The notes under the pieces were generated by a model. That model saw only the letters and a list, made by a program, of their open reading frames with translations, was not told where the DNA came from and ran no database searches. Positions 27,033-42,279 of a stretch of DNA of 64,000 nt are shown here, piece after piece. The stretch lies in the NCBI GenBank assembly GCA_964016885.1, contig OZ024747.1, forward strand, positions 18,662,001 to 18,726,000. Direction: 5' to 3'. The stretch comes from Eledone cirrhosa. Taxonomy: Eukaryota. Positions within the stretch are counted from its first letter, which is position 1. The number at the start of each line of letters is the position of its first letter. Position numbers and translations under genes: made by a program.

Positions 27033-28754
27033 TGTATATAGAAAGGGCATCCAGCTGTAGAAAACCAGCCAGAAACAGTCCTATATGAGCATGACACAGT
27101 CACCCACCCCAACTTGCCTCAAATGGGACAAACTCGTCTAAACCATGTCAGCATGGAAAACAGATGTTAAACGATGATGATGATGATGATATATCCAGCC
27201 ATAAAAGCTTGCCAAAAAAAAAAGGGTTGGCTAGACCCTTAGTTGTGTCAATGACATGACAACCTCTCCTATGCACACAGTAGAATGTGAGACTGTACAT
27301 TCACAAGATGCAGATCCTTGGGCTGATTGGGAGATCAGTACCCTTACTTCAGTTCTGGCTTGTAGACCCATCCAACCCTTACTAGCAGGGAAAACAGACA
27401 TTAAATCAATGACCTGACTCTACAACAGATTGAACTGGGTTACATGTTACTAGCAATGCTCAAGAGTGACCTCATATATATACATATATATATTACAGTC
27501 ATACCCATGCTAGCATGGAAAATGGACGTTAAATGATGATGATGATATATATATATATAATATGCTTTGAAACACTACACCCACAAAACATTCAACATAG
27601 CTTGCTTACTACTAGTGCTACTACTATTACTAATACTACTACAACAAGGTCAAACATACTCACAAACAATAAATGCCTATGTGTGTGTTTGAGCATTTAC
27701 TTCTATGTCTTGTGGCAAGGATACTAAAAGTACAGTGCTGGTGGTGGTGGTGGTGGTGGTGGTGGTAGTAGTGGCAGTAGTAGTATTAATATTATTATTA
27801 TTATTATTAGTAGTAGTAGTAGTTTTAATTGAAATACAGTGTTGTTGGTAGTGGATTGTCCACATCATTACAGCATTTGACAGATGTTTAGCAGTATTTT
27901 TCCAGCTCTTTAAGTTCTGAGTTCAAATCCTGCTGAGGTTGTTGAGTTTTCCCACCCAACAAAATTGTTGACCTTGTGCCTAAAATAGAAATCATTGGCA
28001 GTATCGGTAGAGGGTCTGACGCCATGCTTTTCAGCATAGTTACGTCCCTTTATGGTCTGAGGTCAAATCCCGCCGAGGTTAACTTTGTCTTTCATCCTTA
28101 CGGGGTCGATAAAATAAAGTACCAGTAATACACTGGGATAATTGCTGGCCTTGTGCCTATAGTAGAAACAATTGTTACTAATGGTAAGGGTCAATAATCA
28201 TCTTAGTAGTTGGTAAAACAGTGGAAATTGTAAGGATGTAGATTGTAATCTATTTACTGTTTAGCCAGGAAGGAAGGACGGTGACCATGACCGTTTTCAG
28301 GACCTTTGAAATTGATAAGAGGAAGGAAGGTACCTTCAAATCAGAGACATGACCTGAATGCTTGCAACAGGATATATGTATGTTTGGACTTGTAACTCCT
28401 GACGGAATGGTAGAGAGACTTCCATGATTCTTTAAATCTGGTCAAAGCACAGCTGATTTTTTCTGGAGAAGGAGAAAGTGAAAAAGAGCTAGAAAGAACG
28501 AATGGACCCTAATATTGAACTGGTACTCTTTTATCAACCTTCAAAGGACGAATAGCAAATTTTGCATCCATGGCGGTGTTAAACTAAACGATATATTAGT
28601 AGGCTACATCAAGATTTCAACTCTAAATGCAGTGTTCGATGAAATACTACAAGACACTTCATCTGTTGCACTAACATGTCCATCAATCCACTGGACTGAG
28701 AAGGTGTGGAGTTTAGTGATTAGGGGTGTTTACTGCATTATCTTAACATTGTCA

Positions 28755-28948
28755 TGGGTGGTGGATTGGCAGTATTGGTAGAGGATTCAACGCCATGCTT
28801 TGCAGCATAGAGTTACAGCCATTTATAGTCTGAGTTCAAATCCCACCGAGGTTAACTTTGCCTTTCATCCTTACGGGGTTGATAAAAACAAAGTACCAGT
28901 AATGCACTGGGATAATTGCTGGCCTTGTGCCAAAAGCAGAAACAATTA
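28755..28948 (+). mobile_element. SINE family M
   Basis: Full-length copy with 18-bp TSD attatcttaacattgtca (28737-28754 and 28945-28962). Confidence 0.88.
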
Positions 28949-29189
28949 TCTTAACATTGTCAGTTCAATTCCCAGTGACACATTGTGTCCTTGAGCAAGA
29001 TGATTTATGTCATATTACTCTAGTCGACTCAACTAGCAGAAGTGAGTTGTATTTGTAATTCAAAAAGCTTGCTTTATCACACACTGTCATGCTGAATCTC
29101 CCTGAGAATTTCGTTATGGGTGCATGTGTCTGTGGAATACTCAGCCACTTGCACATTTATTCACAAGTAGGTTGGGTTAGTGATTTTAG

Positions 29190-29351
29190 TAATAGTGGAG
29201 GTGGTAGTATTACTAGTAGAGTAGTTATGGTGACGGTAGTATTAATGGTGATTGTAGTGGTGGTGGTGGTGGTGGTAGTGGTAGTGGTAGTGGTAGTAAT
29301 AGTGGTAGGAGTAGTAGTTGTGGTGATAGTAGTATTAATGGTGGTTGAATG

Positions 29352-29409
<58 letters not shown>

Positions 29410-29585
29410 CTGTGGTGATAGTAGTATTAATAGTGGTTGAGTGGTGGTGGTGGTGGTGGTGGTAGTAGTAGTAGTGGTGGTGGTTGAGTGGTGGTAGTAG
29501 TGGTGGTGGTTGAGTGGTGGTAGTAGTAGTAGTAGTTGAGTGGTGGTAGTAGTAGTAGCAGCAGCAGCAGCATCAGCAACTGCTG
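29190..29585. repeat. Compound (GTG)n/(GTA)n/(GCA)n trinucleotide tract
   Basis: Seen directly; a similar tract lies at about 46300-46720. Confidence 0.9.
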
Positions 29586-31857
29586 CTGGAAAGTAGAGGG
29601 TAGGATATGGTGTGTGTTGATATAAATACTGAAGCAGATGGCGCTGGTGCTAGTAGAAACAACAAGAAGAGCTGTGAGTAGCAATAACTGTTGCAGAGAA
29701 TGTCAGACACCATATTTTAAAAATACCCTTGTATCTTTCTCCCCTAATTTCTAAGCCATCTTATTATCAGTACAGAAATTCTTTTTCCCAATTAAGAAAA
29801 AGAAAGTTGTGTGTGTGTGGGTTTGTGTCTGTGTGTGTAAATGTATGTGTATATGTGCATATGTTTGTATGTGTATATGTGCATATGTTTGTATGTGTAT
29901 ATGTGCATATGTTTGTATATGTTTGTGTGAGTGTATGTATATATGTCATCATCATCATCCTCATCATCATCGTTTAACATCCATGTTCCACGCTTGCATG
30001 GGTTATGTGTGTATGTATATAAGTATGTGTGGGGGGTTTGTGTGTGTGTGTGTGTGCATGTGTATGTAAATGTATGTGTATCTGTGCATATGTTTGTATG
30101 TTTGTGTATGTGTGAAAGTATGTGTGTATGTATATAAATATTTATGAAAGTATACATGTATGTGTGTGTGTGTGTTTGTGTAAATATATATGTGCATGTA
30201 TGTATGTATGTGGGTGTGTGTGTTTATATATATATATATATATAGGTGTATATGCATATATGTATTTATATGTGTGCATATACGTGGATATGTCTTGCCT
30301 GTCTATGTATTATGTAATGGTAGTTGTATTGTTTTCCCACATGTTTCTATTCCACTATTATACCATGCAGCAGCAGCAATGATGAATGACTTCCTGGCCT
30401 CCGGTAACAATTATTTCTATGAAGGAGCAGAAGTTCATATTTCCTTTGCAATACCACTTCCAGCTCTTTGTGCTCTCTTTTCAAATACTGCCAATACCAA
30501 GGTCAATTTTGTCTTTCATCTTTTTTTCAGAGTTGATAAAATATAGTACCAGACCAGCACAGTGGAATTGAATTGTTAGTGCCGGACTAAATTTTTGCAG
30601 TATTGTTTTTCAGTTCTCTGTAATCTTGGTCCAAATACTGCCAAAGTCAACTTTGCCTTTCATCTTTTTCAAGGTGATAAAATAATAGTAGGGCAGTGCA
30701 ATGCTAAATTGGTGGAATTGAATTATTAGAGTCTGATAAAATGCCTTGCAATATTTTTTCAGCTCTTTGCATTATGATTCTTTTGGGGTAGTAGACTTAA
30801 TTCATCATCTGTTTTAATACCATCACCTGGTATTAGGTTGATTTAGTGGAGTCTGTTCTGTTGTTTGTATACAGGCCAGATCTTCAGTTTGGGAATACCT
30901 ACACTAGACCTGTTAACTCTCCCTCTCCGATGGTGGATCTCCCACCCACTTTGGGGTAGGTGAGAGATGTCTTCTCTTGTTAAAATGAGTATAGCTTTCA
31001 TTATGTAAAATTTCCCCATTTTGCATCATTTCCCCGTTTTGGCACTTTTTTTCATGGTACTCACCATTTGGATTTTTTGAGGATGGCAAGTCTATCACCC
31101 TCTCTCCCTTCTAACAGTCTTGGAGGCCCAGAAAAAATATAAGGTCTTCAATGTTTACCCTCTCTCCTTAACTGAATGGTGAAAAAAAAATTTAATTCAC
31201 TGAAATATTTCTTTTGTCTCTTTCACTACTGTACTCTTTTACTGGTTTCACTCATTAAACTGCAACCATGCTGAGGCACCACCTTATTTAGTCATTCATA
31301 TCGATTCCATTACATATTTTTTAAAACCTGGTACTTATTTTAGCAATCTCTTTTTATTGAACTGCTAAGTTACAGGATACACACATATATATATATGTAT
31401 ATATACATGATGTTCCAAACGTTTCTATTTACCAAATGTCACTCATAAAGCATTGGTCTGTCTGAGGCTATGGCATGATTCCATGCAGTGTGGGTGAACG
31501 AGAAACCATGTGGCTGCAGAACAAACACTTTAACCACACATCCACGTATGCACCTTTACAACTATGCCTGAAAACTTTTATGGATTAACTTTTGCAGACC
31601 ATCCCCACTTTGTTTTAAAATCTGGATCTCATTTAAATATTGATCCAATGTATTGATCATCATCAATATATCAAGGAGCCAAATACCAGAATAATTTATG
31701 ACAAAGTTAGTTGTTTTGCTACATTGAAAATAATACAATGTTTTTCTTTAGAAATATAGTAACGAAAAGGCTAAAAACATTTTTTTCTCTGTGATATTAT
31801 TTCATAAGTTAATTAAATTTCAGGTAAATTATCATTTATGATTGATATATTTTCCAG

Positions 31858-31958
31858 GTAATTATGTTGATAAACAAACACAGGAGGTCACAGAAAGCAA
31901 ATCAGAAGAATGGTTTGGAGCCAGCTTAAGAAGTTCTGGAAAGAACGGTGTGATTGTA
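31858..31958 (+). CDS. Integrin alpha subunit, internal exon B
   Basis: tttccag acceptor, gtaagt donor at 31959. Phase 1 start matches exon A. Translates (G)NYVDKQTQEVTESKSEEWFGASLRSSGKNGVIV with the KS..WFGAS motif. Ends in phase 0. Confidence 0.93.
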
Positions 31959-32697
31959 GTAAGTATAAACAACTCTATTTATGCATATATACATATTTAC
32001 ATAATACTTGCATGCATACATACACACATGCATATGTAGGTACATACATACATGTGTATACATGTACATACATGTATACATAAATACACATGCAAAAAAA
32101 ATTAATAATTGGCTAAACTTTTCCAAATCTGTTAAATTTTATTTTGAAATATATTGTATAACTGTGTGAAGCAACTGTCTCTTAAATATACAACATCCAA
32201 TTTGAAAGAGATGGTATCACTGTGTGAGACTGCCATCCCATTTGCTTACTTTATACATTCCTTTTAAGACACACTGCTGGTCAATAGAAACCATGGGAAT
32301 GTACAGCTTGTAGATATATGCTTCACAAGTATTTAGACAGATTGCAGTGTTGAATTCAAATTTTACAGACTATTTCTTAGAAAGTAGGGCAAGATGTTCT
32401 ATGCCTTGCTGACTTACCCTCTAATAGAGCATATGGATGAGTATATTGAAGTCTTTATTGAAAACAATGTCTGTTGTGAATTGACAGATGTTATTGCCAG
32501 ACATGTATCACTGATTCCTAATATCCAGTCTTTAGTGACTCAAAAGTGATGATGATAATAATATAATTAATAATAAGAATGGCTTTTAATTTAGGCACAA
32601 GACCGACAATTTTTTAGGGAAGAGAAAGTCAATTAAACTCAGTACTTTATTTTATTGCCCCCCAGAAGGATGAAATGCAAAGTTGACATCAGAATGT

Positions 32698-33075
32698 CAT
32701 CATCATCATCATCATTCGTCGACTACTGTCGAGATGATGGATCTCACTCTCATGCCCCAGAATTCCCTGTCCCCCATCGCCGCCCCCAGGTCCTGTCTAC
32801 TGATTCCCGTATCCCTAGAGATAACATCAGGGAATGACAGCTTCCTACTCCTAGTCAGGCTGGAGTCAGGGTTCCAGAGCAAGAGAGCGGATATGATTTC
32901 ATTGCTGGCACGGTGAGAGTGGCCAGCAAATTGAGCTCTCCGGGATTTTAGAAGGGCAGAGGCTCGATGGAGTTTGCCATAGATTTTAGACAAGGTGGGA
33001 TGTCGTTTCCAGGATGGGTTTTGCACTCTCATTAAGAGGCGGGTATATGTGCCATCCAATCTCCTCTCAAGTTGT
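32698..33075 (-). mobile_element. 3' fragment of a different RTE-like LINE family
   Basis: GC-rich island encoding LERRLDGTYTRLLMRVQN.SWK.H...RRAQFAGH...LLLW...MGDREFW, running directly into a (TGA)n tail. It interrupts a degenerate SINE. Confidence 0.82.
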
Positions 33076-36000
33076 AAAGATGCAAATAATAATGGTTTCT
33101 GATTTAGGCACAAGGCTAATAATTTTGGGGAAGGAAAAAGCCGATCAAATCAACCCCAGTGCATTACTGGTACTTTATTTCATTAATCTCATAAGGATGA
33201 AAGGCAAAGCTAACCTTGGCAGGATTTGAAAAGGGCTGTAACTATATGCTGCAAAGCATGTTTTCCAACCCTCTACCAATACTACCAATCCACCACCCTA
33301 ATAATAATAACAATGACAATAGTTTCTAATATAGGTAACAAGGCTGGAATTTTGAAAAAGATTTCTTGATTAATTCAACCCAAATTCTTGGATGAAAGGC
33401 CAAGTTGACCTTGGTAGGATTTACACTCAGAACATAAAGAGCCTACACAAATATGACAAAGCCTTTTGTCTTAATGATTCTACCAATCCACCGCCCTTAC
33501 TACTACTACTACTACTTCTACTACCACTACTACTACTACAATTACTAATAATAATAATAATTAAAACAATAATGCTGTATATAAATATCATATTTAAACT
33601 ATTAGCCTCTGGTATTCTTTTAAAGAGAAGAGCATCATTCTTCAAAAAATAAAATTCAAGAAGGAAAAATATTCCATATAAAAACCACTTTCAATATAAT
33701 TTCTTCACCACAGTCGATGATACTATTTCCAGTGTACTCTAAACACCAACGGGTTTTTATACTAAAAAGAGAGTTGTATTTATAATATAAACTATTTGCT
33801 TATTAACAAAACAAACTAGTATATAATATATGATGAATTTCGAGCACTTGCTCACCATGACCTAAGTAAAAATGGAGCCATCATTTTCTCAGTTGCAGAG
33901 AGAGAGTATAGAAAAAACCTTGTGAATACATAAACAAGCAAAATTTGAAACATACTTAGCTAGCTCTGTGTGTGTCTGCCTATCTCTCATTATATTCATT
34001 ACGCATACACACACATACACACACAAACATATAATCAGATTTGTGTAAATAGAGAGCAGCTTTTCTTTCAAATATATTTAAAACAACTGTGTCTCAGTTT
34101 AACCTTTTTATTTATTAAGAATGTTTTATATTGCTTCATCAACACAATACCACAAACTAGTAAGCCACAGAACACACTCCAGACAACCAGTGTAAAGTGT
34201 AATATAAATATTTCAATGTAAATGTGAAAGTTATAAACTTCAATACTTGCATCAAATACACAACTACAACACTTTCTTATCAGTTGACCATGCACTTACA
34301 ATGGGCTCTAATTGGAACACATTATAATACTGGCAGCAGTATCAGTAAGGCGTCGGATAACATGCTTTGCAGTATAGAGTTTATGGGCCTTTATGTTCTG
34401 TGTTCAAATACCACTGAGGTTAGCTTTGCCTTTCATCTTTACAGAAGTCGATAAAATAAAGTACCAGTAATGCACTGGCGTCGATTTAATTGATTCTCCT
34501 TTAACCTTCAAATTGCTGGCCTTGTGCCTAAAGTAGAAACTATTATAATACATCATCATCATTTTACATCTATTCTTCATACTTGTTTGGGTTAGACGGG
34601 TTGTCCTGTTTTGAAACTAGACAGGTCACATGACTGTGTCTTGTTCATACATTTCATTTTAGCATGGTTTCTCTGGCTGGATGCCCTTCTTAATGCCAAT
34701 TACTCTATAGCATGCACTGGTTTCGTTTTCTGGCAGGTTTGATTGGGTGTTTTTTTGTGATACCATCACTACCTCTTTAAAGTGTAGACTGGGTGCATTT
34801 TATCATGATGCCAGCACTTACACTTTCCAGTGAAGGCTTAGCACATTTTATTATGGTAATACACTAAACAGAATAAAAACATAAATTGATAACACTACAA
34901 TTCAGCATAGAATTCCTTGAAAAAGAGGTGAGTATTTATAGAAGCTTCACTAGTAGCTAAATAAAAACCAGAGATCAACACACCTACGTAGCACATGTGA
35001 AATCTACCAGTAATTAACCATTGAATGATTTTAAAATCCAGTGTTGCTTGCCTCCAACTCTCCTCAATGTCAGTGGCTCTGCTTGAGTACTGACCAGTCT
35101 GTGATTACACATCCAACACTTACTAACAGAGAAAATGGACATTAAATGATGATGAGGGCGGTTTTTGTGGGGTTTGGTCTCAGACAATAGAGAGAAAAAT
35201 GTTGATAACAGCAATGTGAGAGGAAATAATAGAAAACAATGAGAAGATAACAAAATAATATCAAAATAGTATAAAACAATAGTTGTTTTGTTGATAATTT
35301 AGGTTCTAATGCTTAATCATAGAGATATTTTAAACAGAGATATAGAGATGCTGATGGGTGGAGGAAGAGATGTATGGGTTGTAGGTTGGTAGATAGATTT
35401 AGGTAGGTTTGGTAAAACTAAATATTGTCAGGAATTCTATTTCGTCTGCTAGGTTGCTGCCATCTTCATAATCAAAATAATGTTTGTTAACATCATTTAT
35501 TAAAATCTGTGGTGTGTTTAGAGATCAATAAAATAAGTACATATATATGTATGGACCTGTAACATATGATGGACGTATAAGGGTTCTATGGTGACATATG
35601 TCTTGAGCATTATAAATCTGGGGGAACCCACCCCCTCTCTAGGTTTGCTTATAGCCAATTTTTTCAAGGGAAGGAGAGATAATAATAGGAAGTGAGAATT
35701 AGATATAGGAAAAGAATCAACCCCAGTACTGGCCTGATGAAAGTTGACCTTCGTGAGATTTGAACTTAGTGTAGAGAATCAAAACGAATATTGTGAAGCT
35801 TTTATCTAACATTCTATGAGTCTGCCAATGCACCACCTTGATAAAATAAGTAGGTAGTAACTCAGTTGGCTGCAGTCCAATGATGAAGAACAATACAAAT
35901 ATAAACACTTATAATATAGACACATGTCGCACATTTTGAGGGAAATAGAACCATTACTTAATTATTGATCACTGGGAGAATGATAGGTAAATTCAACTTT

Positions 36001-36317
36001 AGCAGGATTTGAACTGAGAATATAAAGGTGAGCAACTAAAACTTACATTATTCTATCAAATCTGCCAATCCATGGCCCTATAATTTATCCACTTTCAAGT
36101 ATAGTCTGGCTCAGCCCATTTCTTTCTTATCTATGAAGAGCCTTATCTTCTCTCTCACACAGATGTCCACCTTTCACACTTGATAAATTTCTCCAATCTA
36201 CCATAACATCAATATAGTTAAACTATGACTTCACTTGATTTCCTCTACATTCTTTACCATTCTTTATCATCATAAAAGTACCAATAACCTAACCCAAATC
36301 CCAATAAATCCATTCCT

Positions 36318-36660
36318 TTAAGTGAAAGTGCCAATTACGAAGATCTTGCACAAGAATGCAAAGAGAAAGGATGCCAGGTATGGCTATTTCCAGTTAGGTG
36401 GACCACGTAGAATTCCTGGCTCAATCAGTATGGAGAATGCTCTCTACCATTAGACTAACAAGAAGAGAGAAGAAGGAAGCAGCTTGCAGGATGAGAGAAA
36501 TAAAAGGGACTCATGTAGGTTATGGAGCAGGAGAGGGGAGATAAGGTAGAAGCCACAAGATGTGCAATGTTTTGGCTTCCATTGCTGACTCACCAACAAG
36601 ATGTAATAAGACAAAACACCCAATGAATGTTGGGTACTATCTGATGACATCATTACCCCC
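36318..36660 (+). mobile_element. Hero/R4-like non-LTR remnant (RLE region)
   Basis: Frameshifted KSANYEDLAQECKEKGCQVWLFPV...FLAQSVWRML...CRLWSRR resembles the K..KY..L..EC...GW.....PVEVG...RWLW end of Hero-type elements. Confidence 0.5.
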
Positions 36661-36708
36661 TGGCCAAGGTTATATACACCAAAGGTGAATGAATATGAGG
36701 CATCTTCT

Positions 36709-36936
36709 TTAACCCTTTAGCATTCACATTATTTTATATATACTATTATATTTTCATGGTAAAGGCTTTACTTCGCATAATTATCTCACATAATATCGAA
36801 TCTATGAGATTTTGAAAGTATTTATTTTGAGAACAATACCTTAATATCAGTTTGAGCGACCAGTTACAGCCAGTTTCAACAGAAAGAGGTAGAGAATTCT
36901 GGCCGGTTTTGGCCGGTTTGAACATTAAAGGGTTAA
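36709..36936 (+). mobile_element. piggyBac-type MITE family A
   Basis: TTAA|CCCTTTA...TAAAGGG|TTAA, very similar to 10517-10740. Confidence 0.85.
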
Positions 36937-37849
36937 GATGTAATCAAGTTTGCATGTCTTAGAAACTCAACACTTATTCCTCTTTTGATCAGAGACATGT
37001 CAAGTGTAATTGAACATAGCTGAATCTTATTTTGAGCCTATTGCTTCATTAAGCCAGAGCTTATCCCGGTGTCATGTGGGAGTAAAGTGACTGAAAGTCA
37101 AAGTGACTTTGAACAGGACACCAGTCAATCATAATGGATATTAACTGATGATCATGATGAATTGAAAGTTATGCACCTTGATCATGGATTAAACATAGAG
37201 CCTGTTGATAGAATATGAATCTCTGATCTGCCAGGTTCTTGTCCAGTTCTTGGCCATATGTGTTTCCCTTATCACCATTTGCAAGATCAAAAACATGTAT
37301 CATGTAATTTATGTTTGTCATTGAAATATCCAGAAAAGACGAACATGAGCTGATATTTACAAACTAAGATATGGGTAGATATGGACAGATAAATATAGAC
37401 AGACCATATTTATAGCTACAACTGAACAAACTGCGTAGATGTTTATATTTTAAACAAAGTGAAACAGTCAAATACGAAGAAAGAGGGGGGAAAAGAAGAG
37501 AAGCTGGTGGTACTAAAACGTACATCTGTCTGTTGCAAAAGCCATGTGCATCAGATCTGATGTTGTTTGATTCCAGGTCAGCTTATGATTAAAGACATTC
37601 CAACCAAAACCATTCTGCCTTTTTATATATTTTGGACTACTATTCAATGTCATTTTCTTTTTCAAGATGGCATGGTGTAAGTCAAAAGAAGTTTGACTGA
37701 TATATCTAAGTAGACCTAGATGTAATATGTTTGTAAAAAAGATGGGAATCTTGATCATGGTTGACCTGAGCTAAACAAAAAACAGCAGTTTTATATGGTT
37801 ATAAGTGTTGTTTTATTTTTTTTATTAATTTCTGTATTGAAATACATCT

Positions 37850-38105
37850 TTAACCCTTTAGCATTCAAACTGGCCACATCCGGCCAGAATTCTCTCACCT
37901 CTTTCTGTTCAAACCGGCCGTAATTGGCCATTCATATTGATGTTAAGGTATTGTTCTCAAAATAAATAATATCAAAATCTCATAGATTCGATATTATGTG
38001 AGATATTATGTGAGATATTATGTGAGATATTATGTGAGATATTATGAGAGATTACCACAAAAATACGATAGTATATATAGAGTAATGTAAATGCTAAAGA
38101 GTTAA
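37850..38105 (-). mobile_element. piggyBac-type MITE family A with internal 12-bp repeat expansion
   Basis: TTAA-flanked; contains about 5 copies of gatattatgtga at about 37990-38050. Confidence 0.83.
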
Positions 38106-40630
38106 ATAGGCTTATTGCATTAAATAGAATAGCATATCTTGTGTAATAAGGCAATATAATTTCTATAATGACATCAGCCTTCAGCTAGCTGGCAGCAATT
38201 CTTTGATTACTGGTGCCAGTACAAGGTCTACAGACACTTTACAACTGCAACCTCCTTTCCGAATACAATAACTTTGAATTAAAAGTGGATTTTATTTCAA
38301 TCTGTTTTTGATTTTCCTTCTCTTTCCCTCCTCCTCTTTCTCCTTTCTCCCTCCTCTTTCTCCTTTCTCCCTCCTCTATCTCCTTACCCCCTCCTCTTTC
38401 TCTCTCCTCTTTCTCTCTCTCCCCCTCCTCTTTCTCTCACCTCCCATTCATTTTTCTGCTGTTTTTCTCCCTTTCCTTCATCATACTTTCTATTCAGAAT
38501 TCTTGATATTGTTGGTCTTTTTTGTTATCTATTATTCCTTCTTCTTCTTCTTCTTCTTCTTCTTCTTCTTCTTCTTCTATACAAGGCAATGTTTTACCAT
38601 GTAAAATAGTATTAGGATAGAAAACAATAAGGACAAAGAAAGCACAATGTTATAAGTTTATAGAATGCATGTATAATCTCTATTAAGCTTCACTTAGCAT
38701 GTTTTGTTTATAAAACTGTCTGATATTTTAAAACTTATCTGTAGATAATGATGGCTGCATATAATAATAGCTACTTCATTTTGTATGTATATGTGGACTT
38801 ATAACTCTTGGTGGAGTCGTTGGGGTGCTGTAGTGACATACAGCATTTCTTGGGCATTATAAACCTGACGGAGCCCATCTCCTCTCCACGTCTAAACTCA
38901 GCCGATTTCTTTCAGAGAAGGAGAGAGAGAGTGTGTGTGTGTAGGAAAGAGAAAGTGAGGAGATATAGAGGAAAAACTAATCCCAGGTCTTTATTTATTG
39001 ACCTCGAAAGGATGGAAAGCAAATTTGACATCTGTGGAATTTGATATCAGAGCATATGAAGCTGGAATGAACAACACAAAGCATTCTTTCCAATGTTCTG
39101 ACAACTCTGCCAACTTACTGCCTTACTCTACTACTGTAGGATAAAATATTGACCTCAATGAGACAACAATATAGTCTATGTGATCACTTAATCTGCTAGA
39201 AAGAGCAACCAAATCTCTCCCTAATCACTCTCTACTATCTTAACTTTTCATACCAAACTAGTTCTATATTACAAATTGTTTATCTTGCATCATCCAATTA
39301 CATAACATGTTCACACCAAAGCAGTCATCTGTCCTGCAATAGAGCTGATGTTGTAAATCCTTTTAATACCAGACTGCTCTGCATCATTCTATCATACAAA
39401 GCTGTTAATTTTAAAGTGTTTTATTTGTCTAAAAACTATGTAACAAACAAGAAAATTTATAAAGTATGGAATTTCCATTGGTCCTGATAGTTAACTGTCA
39501 AGCTAAATAAATATATTTCTCCTTGCTATAAATCTAATTTTAAATAATTAACACTTTTGATACCAAACTGTCTGAAACTGACCTTATGATACAAAGCTGT
39601 AAATTTTAAAGTGTCTATATTTATTTAAAGACATTCCATCTTGATTTTATGTAAGAACGTTTGTCAAGTTTGTTTCAGACGCAAGGTAAATAATGAAAAG
39701 GTTAGTAATATTACTAAAATCTCTAAATTTTGGATTATTTTCAAAATGTTTTGAAAATCATAGATTATGTCTTTCATTAAAAATATGATTATGAAAGGGT
39801 TCAAAAAGAAAGTACACTTTGGACAATGTAGTTTCCCATATATAGAAAGATAGGATGATCATAGTTGGTCTGAGATTGGCCAAAGAGGAAAGTGTATGTT
39901 CTCAGTCCTTTTAATCTTGACCACCATACAACCTCTTTTGTCATGACCACTTAACTGGTACTCAACTAGTTCATTATTTTATTGAGCTCAGAAAGCTGAA
40001 AGGCAAAGTTGACTTCAATGAGATTTGAACTTAGAATGTAAAGAGCCAGAACAAACAGCACAAAGCATTTCATCTGTTGCTCTAATGGTTCTACCAATCT
40101 ACCACCCTCAAATAGGTTAATAATGATTTCTAGTATAGGCACAAGGCCAGTAATTTGGGGGAGGGGAAAGTCAATTAAATCAACCTCAGTATGCTACTGC
40201 TGCTTTATTTTATCGACCCCGTAAAGATGAAATGCAAAGTTAACCTCGGTGGGATTTGAACTCAGACCGTAAAGTACCGTAACTCTATATTGCAAAGCAT
40301 GATGTCCGCCTCTACCGATACTGCCAATCCATCACCCTCAAATAGGTTAACAATGATTAATCACCAACAATTCCTGTCTAGACAATACCCCATACCCAAT
40401 CCTTATAAATGCTTCCTCTCCATCACAGACCATCAATACTTTCATCACTTCTCTCTCCTTTTCATCGTTCAACATTCTCATTAACAATAGCTACATGTTG
40501 AATGAATCATATCAACTGAATAAAACAATTTACTGAGTAATTCTTCAAGATTCTACTTGAAAGGACAATTAAGAATCTTCTTAAACAACAAAAGTAGATA
40601 GTGGGGCTGAGGATGGGGTGCAAGTAAGAT

Positions 40631-40683
<53 letters not shown>

Positions 40684-41558
40684 ATGTATGTATTTATATA
40701 TATATTTACACACAAATATATATATACAGCAAAGTTGCACATGGAAAAAAAAAAGCTTCAATCTTCCTCATTGACCATCCCCTGGGCAATCTAGCTATCT
40801 ATCCATACATACATACAATCATAGATATCTCTTTTGTCTGGAATTTCCCACTAATCTCGTATTAGCAAATCTTTTAACCACTTATATTCACTAAACTCTT
40901 TCTTTATTGTTCTTTCTTCCTTTCTCTCTCCCCACCCTGTCCCTTCATTCACTTTTCATATTACACACACACTCACACACACATATTTATACATAACCAC
41001 AAATTCTCAAACTTTGTCTCATAAATATCATTCTCTCATTCTAACACCTCCCGCTCACGTATACATCTTTACACATACAGGCACAAACACATTCTCATTT
41101 TCTCACAACACATGCAAACACAGATTCTCTCTCTTTTTCTCTAGTATCAATTACTTTCTTTCTATCACACATACACATACATACACTACTCCACCTGTCT
41201 GTCTGCCCCAGTCTATTTATGTACATATCTATCTATTTGCCAACCCCCATCCCTGATCCTTCCTCTTCCTGTTCACCACCACCACCACCATATCTCACAT
41301 TCTCAAGTCATAAATTCCAATTTTTTTTTTTTTACTTTTTCTGCTAAACTCTATATTTTACAATCAATGTCTGCTGAATGGAAAATGTTATTACAAAACC
41401 ATCTTTTCAACACTAAAATAGCAATTTCATTAACTGTTTCTATATTATCCACTCAGTTTATTTTTCAACTGGATTAAACCCAATGGTCTCCTCTCTCCAA
41501 AGCTCCACTACTGCCTTCAAGTAAGGTATGCTGCAATATTGCTGGATTTGCTTTGCTA

Positions 41559-41698
41559 CATAATGGACTTAAGACATCTCATAATGGACTTAAGACATTT
41601 CTTATTGGACTTAAGACATTTCTTATTGGACTTAAGACATTTCTTATTGGACTTAAGACATTTCTTATTGGACTTAAGACATCTCATAATGAACTTAA
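41559..41698. repeat. 21-bp tandem repeat (ggacttaagacatttcttatt), about 6.5 units
   Basis: Direct tandem array. Confidence 0.92.
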
Positions 41699-42088
41699 TA
41701 AAATAAAAATCAATTTCTGGAAGCATTTTAACTCTTGCATCAGTGCCATTTTTTTTTTTTTTTTGTATCTTACTCCCCCAGGTCATAATTAGACATTAAT
41801 ATATTTCAATAAAAAAAGATTAAAATAAAATAAGATATAAACTGACAGACCTTTTCCAGTACAGCATGACCTCACTCATTGTGAGACTTTGTCATATCAT
41901 CTGTTTGTATTACATATAGCAAATTTGTAGAGGTGAGAGAGCATGGAGCAAAATGTCTTGTAGTATATATTTACCTTTCATCCATCCTAGATCAATTAAA
42001 TAAACTACCAGTCAAGTATTGGGGTTCATTTAATCAACTCTACATTTTCCTCCAAATTACTGACTTTGTACCTAAATTAACCTCTTAA

Positions 42089-42279
42089 GGGCGGTGAATT
42101 GGCAGTATCGGTAGAGAGTCGGACGCCATGCTTTCCAGCATAGTTACGTCCCTTTACGGTCTGAGTTCAAATCCCGTTAAGGTTAACTTTGCCTTTCATC
42201 CTTACGGGGTCGATAAAATAAAGTACCAGTAATGTACTGGGTATGTTGCTGGCCTTGTGCCAAAAGTAGAAACAATTAT
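42089..42279 (+). mobile_element. SINE family M
   Basis: ggcggtgaattggcagtatcggtagag head, gagttcaaatcc B box, central domain, gtagaaacaattat end. Confidence 0.85.
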
